DNA of 64,000 nt from positions 28,692 to 92,691 of the forward strand of contig ADNK01000090.1 of NCBI GenBank assembly GCA_000320545.1, read 5' to 3'. This DNA comes from Bigelowiella natans CCMP2755. Lineage: Eukaryota; Protista; Cercozoa. Position numbers and translations under genes: made by a program. Positions within the stretch are counted from its first letter, which is position 1; the number at the start of each line of letters is the position of its first letter. The notes under the pieces are model-generated. The model made no database searches. It was not told the DNA's origin and worked only from the letters and a program-made list of their open reading frames with translations. Of this stretch, positions 25,156 through 35,718 are shown one piece after another.

Positions 25156-26196
25156 GGGGGAGGGGGAGAGACCAATGGTGTAAGGTAATGAGAGAGCGCA
25201 AGTAGGGAAGACAGAGATAGAGAACGATAGACCAATATGAGTGACTTAAGAGCAGAGATATAAGAAGGAAATGCTTTCTTACTAAGGTCCCAAGAAGGAA
25301 TGATATCTTTTTCTTCCGAATTCATCAGTCTCACGATCTCCTCCGGCTCGAAGTGAAGTTTTGCAAAGGGCTCAGGACAGGGTTTTCTCCGCATTATCAA
25401 CGCTGCAACCATCGGGTGAGGATCGCGACATGTGAAAACGTACACACCCGAGAGTACCAGGATCATGCATGCAGAGATCGCTGCGAACTTGGCGCCGGCA
25501 TTGCACACCCTTTTGAGATAGAGTAGTATTAAGAGTTCGTTCCTTTTTCTCGTTGTCTTCACTTTGCATCGTTCCTTCGATTTGCCCGGTTTAGAAATGC
25601 CCTAAGGAATGACACCAACAAGGAGAGATTAAAGGAGAAGTAAACGGGAATCATGTGTTCCAGATGCACAGTTGAGAATTGGAATTCGGACGCCAAACAC
25701 ATCATACGACCCAACGAACGAAATTACCTCTTCCTGAGGCGGTGGAGGAGATTTGTCCTTGAGAATTTCGCTGGCAGGACCACGAAGTACGGAAGTGGGA
25801 GACCGCAATGGCCGGCGCGAAACAGTTACCGTTGGCGATGTCACTGTCGGCTCGGGCGTTGGCTTTGATGTGGGCGGTGCCAGTAAAGCAATGTTGTTGA
25901 TGTGGCCATTCGTAGTGAATGTTTGCGTTTCGCGGAATATGTCAGGAGCGGCGGCGGATATGGACGTTGGTGTTGATGGGCGAGGCACATGGCTAGATTC
26001 AGCAATTTGATGACGGGTATCGCCAAGGTTGGTTGTGCTGTGGTACGTGCAGAGTCATCACTTATGATGGTGATGATGATTGATGGTGATGTGTGTTAAC
26101 TAATTGACGATGAAAAACACAAACACACACACTCACACACACTCACACGCAAACACACTTTGGCCTTCCGGCGGCGCTCCTTCTCTTCTCCTCCAT
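23785..26196 (-). CDS. FAM20C/four-jointed-like atypical kinase with a type II membrane anchor
   Basis: Exons give MEEKRRSAAGRPN (ATG at 26196), a Ser/Pro/Thr-rich region, hydrophobic FAAISACMILVLSGVYVF, then VIWKP, STEAAAYAVDRMLGLERVPP, DMFDYLIGNIDR and YADHD. These match FAM20-type beta3 Lys, alphaC Glu (EIAAFHLDRILG.RRVPP), catalytic FDFL.GN.DR and Mg-binding Asp motifs. Confidence 0.65.
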
Positions 26197-26285
26197 CTGG
26201 ACACCACCGCCACTTCGTCAGTACAAAAAATACACAATAAAACCTACAATCACACACACACACACACACATGAACGTACACACAC

Positions 26286-26324
<39 letters not shown>

Positions 26325-28062
26325 ACATGCACACACCACGCCAAAAAATGCTACACCGCCTTCCGTAAGATCCACGCTTTTCCTGAGGATAAGTGGAAAA
26401 ACGTTGAAATGTTGAAAAGAACTCATGCCTTTTTGCAGAAAAAGCCTACAAAACCTCGTTTACTCCTTTAATCCCGGCATTTTCTAGACGGAAGCCAGTG
26501 TGTTCATGAATCGGAAGAACTTCGGTAAGAAGAAAGGGGTGTGACAACAATGTGATGCCCACTGTCAAATAGAACCCTTCTGAGATGAAATTAGGTAAAA
26601 ACACAACACACTTCCCAAGAAATCGCCGACAAATTAATTATTTGAGATCCTGTGTCAAAAAATATCGGGTGCCAAACGATTTCGTTGTCGCAGTCAAAAA
26701 GTCAAGAAAGAGCATCATCCGAAACCCATTTGCGCGGCTTCGTGCAAATGGCTTCGTGCAAATGGTTCTTGCGCATGCAGATTTGATCAATGCTTCATTC
26801 ATTGTTCATTGTTCATTATCTTGCTTCGTTCACACATTTGCACACGTGTGTGCATGATTCATCATGTGCATGACATGGATGAGATGAATTGATCGCACTT
26901 TTTCAATGCAGACACCATGCGTGGGTGTGCAAGCAGATGCGCAAACGCGTGCGCACGACAGTGCACGATGAAGGCAGGATTCATGTTCGTCCATCGTTTC
27001 ATGCCTCAAGTTCAAGCACAGGTGTTTGTTTGATTGACCTTGCGAAGTGGCAACCTGTGATTTGACAATGGACGTGCAACGATGACAACGTGTGTGCTGT
27101 GGAAGTCACGTGCACACAACTTGTGTCCACAGCTCTGCGTTTGACGAGTGTGCACATCGCACGCATCCAGGCATGTACGATGCTTGCTGAGATCTCACAC
27201 TGCTGCGTGCATTGCTCCATGCTAGCATGGCACCGTGGTGGACACAACGATCGTGTTGATCATCTGTGTGACGACTGCGCGGAGCATGATCATGGGAAAC
27301 ATCACATGTAGTTGAACAAAAGAAACATCACATGAATTGTGAATTGCATTGCTAGATTGTGCCCATGTTGCCGTTTGGGAAGACGGCTGCGTGCATCATT
27401 ACCCATGCCAGCATGCTGCTAGCACGTGCAGGCTTGCATGCACTCGTGCACATTGTCCAAGCGGCACAACGTTGTCCCGCTATCTAGCTCTCATCGCTGC
27501 AGCTCCAGAGACGATGCACACACACTCACATGCAGCTTCACAATGCAAACACAAAAGAGCGTGCGTGATCATCGTCTAACAGCGTGCACGTCGTCATCAA
27601 GCACACGACTTGCACATCAACCATTTCGCTGAAATCAGAGTTCATGTGTGGCGTGTAAGCTGGCAGACATGTGACTCTTAGTCGTGCACTTTGTCCGTAG
27701 CAAAACACATGAAAAAAGCTGCGATTCCGTGTCAACCATGATCATTTGCAAAGGGTGGGCAAGCTAGCTGTTTCTGGTGTCGTAGAGTGGCGTGTGGCTT
27801 TGATGAGCCCTTGTTGCAAAGAGTTGTAGACAAAATTGCAAGCATGCCCTGCTGTCATGGCACACTGCATCTAGGTCTAAAATTTCATAGTTTCACACAT
27901 TCATGCATGCGAAGCAAAAATGGGGTTGCAATGCAACGTTGAGTGTCATTCGCGACTTTCAATTTCAACATTTCGCAATTAGATCATGCAAGAGTACGAA
28001 AAGGGAAAAGGGTGGCTGGGCGTGAGGTTCGGCGACGGCGGGATGATTTACAAAGAGCACCG

Positions 28063-28950
28063 TCAATGTGTTGAATTGAAACGATCCATGTCTGTGAATC
28101 TAGGAGGCAAAGTGGGAACAGCTGTTCGCGCCTTCATGACCCTTGATGTTGCTTGGATGGCATAACTGCAACTATCTCTGCAAGGTGCAAATGTCATCGA
28201 GGTGTGCTCCTCAAAACCGTATCCTTTTCCAGTAGCTATGGCATCTTGATTCGCTCCCAAAAAGAATGCTGTGAAATCCTCTTCCTTGCGAGCCTTTTCA
28301 AGCTCGCGCTTGAGAGCTTCAGCCTTCTTCACGGACATGTTGTCCTCTCCGTCTGTGAGTAGCATGAAATTCTGGACAATCTTTCCAGGGGTCTTCTCAT
28401 CTGGCATTTCTTCTAAGCCCTCTAAGTGTAGTTTGACATTAGATTTCAGCTGTCCTAACCGTTCAAAGGCTGTGTCGATTAGTCTGGTCAGTCCTCTTGG
28501 CTTGAGCCACTGTTTCAAGTCCTTGTACGTTGGCAATTGGGCTTTCAAAACATCAACATTCTCTAATCGTATCTCGGCCTCATTATCGAAAGTAGTCAAT
28601 GAAACGAAGGTCGGAACTTTTGTCTCTTCTGCCGTTTTCTTTTGCTCGAGCAAGAGATTGAATATCTGCTCCACAGTTCCAGATCCCATAGCGGACATTG
28701 AGCCTGACCGGTCAATCACGATCTCTACGAAAGTTGCTATTGGTGGCTCATCATTCCGTGTATTTTGCTTCGATGAGGAAGCTGCTTTGGCCGTTACCGG
28801 AGATTTTGCGGTCTTAGGGAGCTGGACCCATTCATTTTCTTCGACAGCTAGACCTCTCTTTGAAGTCATTCCCTCTCGAGGTTGCTCACGATTGTGGTCT
28901 TCATCGTTCCTTTCAACAAATTTGGTATGTTGCTGACGTGTTGATGACAT
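28063..28950 (-). CDS. Intronless von Willebrand factor A (vWA) domain protein, bacterial/viral-like type
   Basis: 295-aa ORF with complete MIDAS: IVIDRSGSM, PRGLTRLIDT, FMLLTDGEDN, and C-terminal FFLGANQDAI..G.GYG. Confidence 0.85.
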   Translation of the reverse strand: MSSTRQQHTKFVERNDEDHNREQPREGMTSKRGLAVEENEWVQLPKTAKSPVTAKAASSSKQNTRNDEPPIATFVEIVIDRSGSMSAMGSGTVEQIFNLLLEQKKTAEETKVPTFVSLTTFDNEAEIRLENVDVLKAQLPTYKDLKQWLKPRGLTRLIDTAFERLGQLKSNVKLHLEGLEEMPDEKTPGKIVQNFMLLTDGEDNMSVKKAEALKRELEKARKEEDFTAFFLGANQDAIATGKGYGFEEHTSMTFAPCRDSCSYAIQATSRVMKARTAVPTLPPRFTDMDRFNSTH

Positions 28951-29000
28951 GTCTTCGTTCGGGTTGCGGTGGTCTTCGTTCGGGTTGTGGTGGTCTGCGT
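28951..29000. repeat. Short 21-bp tandem repeat (gtcttcgttcgggttg(c/t)ggtg, 2 copies plus a degenerate third) directly upstream of the vWA start codon
   Basis: Read directly at 28951-28971 and 28972-28992. Confidence 0.8.
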
Positions 29001-29242
29001 TCGTTGTTGGTCTACGTTCGGATTATGGTGGATGGGGGAGAGGAGAAGAAGTTCAACCGTCCTCGGCTTTGGAAAGATGAGGTGAAACGGAGGCGATTTC
29101 CCCCTCTCAGTGAGTCTTTTCTTGTGCTCATACATTTCTCGGGAACGAGAACAACAGAAGAAATGAAGAAGGAATCCTTCACGTAGAAAATATGGAAATT
29201 GCAGCGGATTTGTTCTGAACGACGATCTCATTTGACCATTTA

Positions 29243-29759
29243 ATGTCCAAGATTATCGTTTTTGGCCTCGATCGTTCGCCATCCTTCTTCTCAGCCGCAT
29301 CACCGAGAGACCATTTCGCTGACAAAAAGTGTGGGTGGCTTTATCGAATAGAGGGCAAATTTCACAGAAGACATCACCGTGAGTCGCAACATCCTGGAAA
29401 TCGCCTTGTCTCAAGTGCAAAATGTCCGAGGATCATTCTTGGTGTTCCATTTTCTGGAGAGAGAGAAACACAATTTGAGTCCAATCTTTGGTGGGGGCAT
29501 TTCAGTGAGAATTGAAATTGGGGCGGGCCACTTGTAAACATGTCGTATTCCAGAGGTCTCCCTATAAAACACAGATTTTCCAATAGATTTGCCGGTGTGT
29601 TGAAAGTGACAATCACAAGAGACTCTAACAACAAGGTTGCTATTGATGTTTTTAGTTTTGAGTTGGCGCGCGATGTGATGATAACAGTGTGTGCATGTGC
29701 ATGTGCATGTGCATGTGTGTGTGTGTGTGTGTGTGTGCGTGTGCATGTGTGCATGTGTG

Positions 29760-29795
<36 letters not shown>

Positions 29796-30997
29796 TGTAT
29801 ATTTTTGCATTCTGAACATTGCAATGCATCACATTGTGCACTCTGTGTGCTTTGTTTTCATTCTGCAATCTCTTTTGGACACCATGTTCTGTGCCATGTA
29901 ATGTTGTAATCTACATTTACATTGTGCATATTCTGCGCGCTTTGCTCTCATTCTGCTTTCTCTTTTCCACATTCTATGTCATGCGTTGTGTCTTAATTGT
30001 GGGCTCAATCAAACAGATCGCCAATTACGAACCTTTCAATCTTCATTTCGCACAAAACAATGATGGAAGGCTGGGAAGTTGGGAAGAATTCCGCGAAATA
30101 TTCGATGATAAAAAAGGCGAAACTGGAGGCATTATTTCTTCACGTGTAGAGTCAAAAATATGGGCATCTGAGATTAAATCTCAAGAAAGTTTCAAGAATT
30201 TCTCTTGTGAGAAAGTAATTAGGTATTTGACAGCTGTGCAGCATCTACACAACCTACATGACGACACTATAAAGCTTTTGAAAGACGAGGAAGTGGATGC
30301 TGAATTTCTCCTCGGAATGGAAAAGAAAGAGCTAAAAGAAATCTTGAAAAAGTCCGGGAGAGTTTTTCGAATCCAAAAAGTGTTAAAGAGCTTCAAATAT
30401 ACTTCAGGCTCTCTCAAAGACGACAAAGAGCATTTGAAAGTGATGTCGCTCAGACGTATTACGTTCACAAAAGCTACTATTTATGCAGCACCTCTACCCG
30501 GAAAGGCTGCAATTGAAGCGGGCCGAATCGCGTTGGAAGTGCTAACTTTAGGCCTAGCTTCTCTGTCCCGAGCAACAGCTGGAAATGCAAACCACTGGTT
30601 TGTTGTTCTTGAGGGAGAATTCACATCGATTTCAGAACGAGGTTCTTCTGTTAGAAAGTGCTACTGTGCGATTGACTACGGTGCAAGGGACGTGTTTACA
30701 ATGATGCAGGTTGCAGCGAAGGGCTTTGTGCAAAACATCACTCACAAAGTTCCAAACATTACCCTCTTCAACACAAAGGAAGATGCCCTTAACTTTCAAA
30801 AATGTCACAAAAATTCGCGAGTCTTTCGAAAAGGTTCTCAGAAGAAATTAAGGAAACCGATGACCCTTGAAGACATTGTGCACAATTTGTATACTGAGGG
30901 GAGTGAAACAAGGAAATCCATTCAACGTGGATACAAATGGGATTCTAACAATTGCCAACACTTTGCCACGAAGCTGATGAACCAGATAGCGGGTTGA
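29243..30997 (+). CDS. SAM-like domain + permuted papain-like (PPPDE/LRAT-type) domain protein; exon 1 contains an in-frame TGA, or the gene starts at ATG 29540
   Basis: Exon 1 (29243-29686) and exon 2 (30017-30997) join in phase 0 across a GT-AG intron. Exon 2 has a SAM-like segment (NFSCEKVIRYL...LLKDEEVDAEFLLGMEKKELKEIL..SGRVFRIQKVL), NHWFVVLE, and terminal YKWDSNNCQHFATKL. TGA is at 29513-29515. Confidence 0.6.
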
Positions 30998-31120
30998 AGC
31001 TCTTCGATCGATTCCATTAATGCAGTCTGGTGGAGCATGCACACGTAGACACAAAACCCAAGCTTAGCATGGTGGTGATAAAATGTGTAAGGGGCTGTTG
31101 TATTAATAGACATAGTGATA

Positions 31121-31233
31121 TGAGACGGATATGATGAAGTGATTCAATCTTTTCAATGGTCATTCTAATGAAGCTATACAAAGCTGCGGCTACAGCGCTT
31201 GTGTTGTATCTGTCTGTTTCTGCTGTTACATGC
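31121..31233. repeat. Dispersed repeat, copy 1 (other copy 47052-47164)
   Basis: Ungapped 113-bp alignment with about 22 mismatches (~80% identity), counted by hand. Confidence 0.85.
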
Positions 31234-31745
31234 TTCGTGCATTTGAATTGCGGCATCCTCATCGCGTCGTTGATGTCGCACAGCGGTGCGCACTTCTCTC
31301 TTGCAGCTAGCTTACATGGCTGACATATGAATATGTGATATGTAATATATCGTCGATACTTCGTATGTAGTTTGTATATCATTACAGCGTCTATGGATTG
31401 CATGCGCATGTGGGTGAACGTGCGTATGGCACAGCAAGATTATGCCATGGACACTTTCCAAAGGCACAAATTGCAACGTCCAAGTGCTCAATGTGCAACT
31501 TCCCACATAAGTAGCTCATTCCGCGTGCCTACTCCATGAATGCACTCATATAATTATTCATATGTGCTCTACTTCACAATTTAGTACTTGCCCACACAGT
31601 GACATCGACGACATCGATCGCACATCGCACATCGCATATTTTGTCATGCATGAGATGCAGTACCGAATTGATTGTCCACTGTCTCTTGATTTGACTCACA
31701 TTGTGCAACAATCACCACCTTTAATGGGAGTAGAAGCGAACAAGA

Positions 31746-32110
31746 TCACTTGTTCGCAGCATCGTAGAATCCGAGGTCAATTTTTACGCCACCGAAATCA
31801 TAGTATGTTGGTTTATGAGCCCCTCCGGATGCAGCCAACTTCTTAACTGATTGATATCAAGGAAATGATAGCGGAATTGATGCACAACACTACAGTGCTG
31901 CGTTTGCGTTGACAAATAAATGTGTACTGCATGTTTGATATAACAAAATTAAGTGAGGAAGAATACAGTTTTAACTTACCTATCTCCTTTGCGTTTATGT
32001 CATCTGGGGCGTTGGCGTCAAATGTTCCAGCTGTTGTGATGTAATGTTTCTTAAAAATCTTGGCGTGCTACGGCAAGTGTGTATGCAAGTTCAACACACA
32101 TTGCACGTAT

Positions 32111-32151
<41 letters not shown>

Positions 32152-33779
32152 TTATTTATATTTGTTTATTTATGTCCATAATTCTGATTTAATGAAACAC
32201 AGTCTTGTTCCATTCCCCAAACATCCCGAGCATGCACACATCCAGAGTAAAATTTCACCTATCCCTTTGCATATTTTAGAGATCTTTTGCTTCCCTGCCA
32301 GTGCTGCCATCTTCTTCATTGTAGGAACCTTCTCTCCTACCCAATTGATTAGAACAATTTTGCTGCGTACAGACTGGACGTTCTCGCGCACATCGACACC
32401 ATGAACATTCAAGCACACCCATGAGCACTTCGATTTGTCGAGTGCTTTCTTGAGGGCCTCGAGGCCTAGAGAAAAGCTAATTGAGTTGATGCTGCAAAAA
32501 GTCCCCAAACAAATATGGGTTACGTCGCAGGGTGGTGGGAAAGTATTCTGCGAACAAAACAGTGTTCTTTCCTCACAAAGATTTAGAGTAAGCTGAAACA
32601 CCTTGTCCTTTCGCGTCGACGACAAGCCTCTTCTTGGAACGAAGGCTGCTCACCATCCACTGGCCGGCGGTAGCGTCCTTTCGAGATATAGCAGCAAATA
32701 CTGCAGCTGGAGAGTCGTTCTTGATATCTCCATCCACAGATATTGTTGTTCGTTCAGCAGTCTCTTTTGTGTCGTCTTCGCTGATACATTCCTGAGCCTT
32801 GTCATCCGGGCCCGATTCTTTCTCCTCATACTTCTCCTCCTGCTCCGCCTTTGCCGCCAGCGCGGTCTTGATCGCGTTGTTGATGACATCTTGTATGCCC
32901 GTCTGATCTACCGCAGAGCACTCGAGATATCTGATAGAGAGACGGTGAAATCCATCAGTTCTAGGAAAAGCTGTCGCAACTGCACAGGTCTGGAGCGCAA
33001 GGTATACACATACAGCAAGTTGCTACAATGACCACCGACTTTGCGAAGCCCAGCTTCTCTGCTAAATCGTTTCCCATTTCAGGAGTGACAACAAATTGCC
33101 CTTTATTATCAAGATCTTCTCGGAGATCCGACTTCGTGCCGACAAGAATCTTGGGCACTTTGGGGCACTGATAGTTGATTATTCCCGTGTGAGAAACCTG
33201 CTTCTCTCCATTCGTTATTGGATTATTTCTCGCATTCATTTACATGTTTCTGAAGCTCCGGCACCCACTTTGATTTTACATTCTCTAGAGACTTTTCCGT
33301 ATCAATGGGGAAAAAGACAAGGAATATATCCGTTTCCGGGTACGCCCTGCAACGAATAAAACAATCAGGTGCCTGCATGGGGCGATGGTTGTTTTATTTC
33401 TGGGCGTTTGAAACTATACAGGGCTCTTGATTCGTAGGCATCATCCTGCCCTGCAGTGTCCCACAGTCCTTCAATAATGGTAAAACCATCGTCAAAATCA
33501 TGGTGCAGCAAACTTAAACCGTCCTATGCATGTTAGGGTGACATCCCGCTTTGTTACCAATATTAACTGCCTTATCGTCAACCAAGACGTTTGCGGAGTA
33601 CTCGTCGAAGACTTTTGGCACATACGCCCCAGGGAAAAAGTTAGTAGTGTACGTGATGACCATGCAGGTCTTGCCCCTGACGAATTATGATGGAGATGCT
33701 TGTAAGCCCACCAGGCGCAGGTTGCGTGAAGGCACTTACGCAGCTTCGTCGCCAACACAACGCACTTCAAGGTCTGCAT
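31746..33779 (-). CDS. Rho/Rac-family GTPase fused to a C-terminal coactosin-like ADF-H domain; 1-nt frameshift in exon 1
   Basis: Exons: MQTLKCVV(V)GDEAA|[39 protein letters not shown]|[17 protein letters not shown]|[28 protein letters not shown]|[16 protein letters not shown]..|[20 protein letters not shown], an acidic linker, then [13 protein letters not shown]..|[50 protein letters not shown]..|..[18 protein letters not shown]. All joins are GT-AG and in phase. Confidence 0.85.
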
Positions 33780-34106
33780 CGTTGAGATATGAGCAGATGC
33801 GAGTCGGGTATGCACAGGCACGTCCATCTGTCTCAAACTGGCCCCATCTGCACGCTGCGGCAGCCTGCTCGGCACACTCAAGTAGCGGATTTCGGGCGGA
33901 ACGAACGAACTGCCTCAAAACCCGATCCCCAACGGAAAATCGGATAATCACAGGCCGTTTTTACCGTTTTTAGACGGTTATTTCAGGATCTCCAGATAAT
34001 CTCCTGAAACGGGCCTGTGGCAGTCGATCGCCCTTAAGCGCCTCTGGACGAGGAGGACCCAGACCTGTTGATAATTAGGAAGAAGAAGAACAAGAATCGT
34101 CGCTAA

Positions 34107-35578
34107 ATGGAACGCCACTCGCCCTCACAAGCCGTCTGCCTTGCGGCCTGCGCGACGTTGGCCTACGCTGTAGTTCGGATTTCCAGCCGATCCAATCGAG
34201 GCGGCGAACAGAGCAGCGAAACAGAGCAGGATGCGGACACGAAAGCGAGCGGCGAGGGCAGCAAGGGCAGCGTGCGCATTTGTGCCACCGACGCCCCGTG
34301 CATTGTTACGATGCAGGTAATTACGAGCAAGTTTGACTCCACAAATGGGATGCGCTGCCTGTCATTGCGGCGTGTTTCAGTGATTCGATCTTTACCCGTC
34401 GGTGCAGACGGAGGGGTGCCTTCTGGATTATACATGTTTTTGCTACATGTCTTGCTAGCCCCTCACCATTACAAATCTTATATTTCGATGAGAGGACGCG
34501 ACTGAAGCCCTAACGCCGTCATTACCCTGCTTCCCCTCCTCCTCCTCCTCCCCCCCATTTACTTTCATCTGCCTTCTTGAATCCTGGCAGAACTTGATGA
34601 AAGGGTCGTCAGACGTGTCGAAACTGAGTCAGGGTATTGTACACTGGAAGGTACTGCTGCTATAAATTGAAAAGTCTTGTGAAAGGAAGCGAGAGAGACC
34701 GGGAGAGACCGAGAGAAAATGCAGAGCGAGTTAATTTATACATATCGTTCTGTTTCCCTGTACTCTCCTACCCAACCTCTCATAGCCACCGAAGGAGTCT
34801 CTCGAACGAGCGCGAAAGGCGTTGACCACCGATGAGATCCATGGCTACGGCAATGACGAAGGGTGCACTTGTCCTCTTACACAGCACCTCGTGTTCCTTC
34901 ATTTATCAACCGAGCTTTTGACTCCCATGTTTCTGGGTGGAAATAATGCTGTTACGGATGCGTACGGATAAGGGGAATCGTAAGACTACTGCTTAGTCCG
35001 ATTGTACATGTTTTCGCAGGTCTGCTGAGCTTCGGGGAGCTATCAAAAGAAAACTGGCGCGGGAAAACGGCATTAAGAACTCTGAGGTCCGTTACTCATG
35101 AAGATCTGCCCCCGCCCCCCTCTCTCCTTCTCTCTCTCTCTGATTTTTCATCATAACGGAAATTATTAACCCCCTATCCTCTCCTCCCTTGATCGTGACC
35201 AGGTGATGGTGACTTGTGGGGCAAACCAAGCCTTCGCCAACGTGATTCTTTCTTTGGCAGACCACAGCGACGCAGTAAGTGATGCGAGTGTAGGACGCCG
35301 CAGCAGATAAAATTTAGAAATAACTAAAATTGACCTCATCTGATTGGTCGCATGGAATTAGAATGTAGCCGATGAGAACACCGAGAAACTCCTTCAACAG
35401 CAGCCTATAATTCAATTTTTGGTTCGCCATCGCACGGATGATCTCCTCGTCACCATCACCTCCTCCCCCCCCCCCCCTCCTCAGGTAGTTTTGTTCCCGC
35501 CGTACTACTTTAACCACCTCATGGCCGTGCAGATGACGGGGTTAGGAGCTGAACGACCCTGCTTTCTCCCACTTTTAT

Positions 35579-35618
<40 letters not shown>

Positions 35619-35681
35619 TGTGCGTGTGATGATATTTAATAGAAGTACATCGCGCACACAAATTACACCCGGATTTACATA

Positions 35682-35718
<37 letters not shown>

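Noticed and set aside
27631-27860. Protein-like frame broken by TAG and TGA in a TG/CA-rich block
   Set aside because: No transposase, RT or other motif recognisable; cannot be distinguished from chance without a database search.
31131-31200. Candidate SECIS (ATGA...AA...GA) downstream of the TGA-containing gene
   Set aside because: The helix next to the putative GA quartet does not pair properly, and the segment is part of a dispersed repeat.
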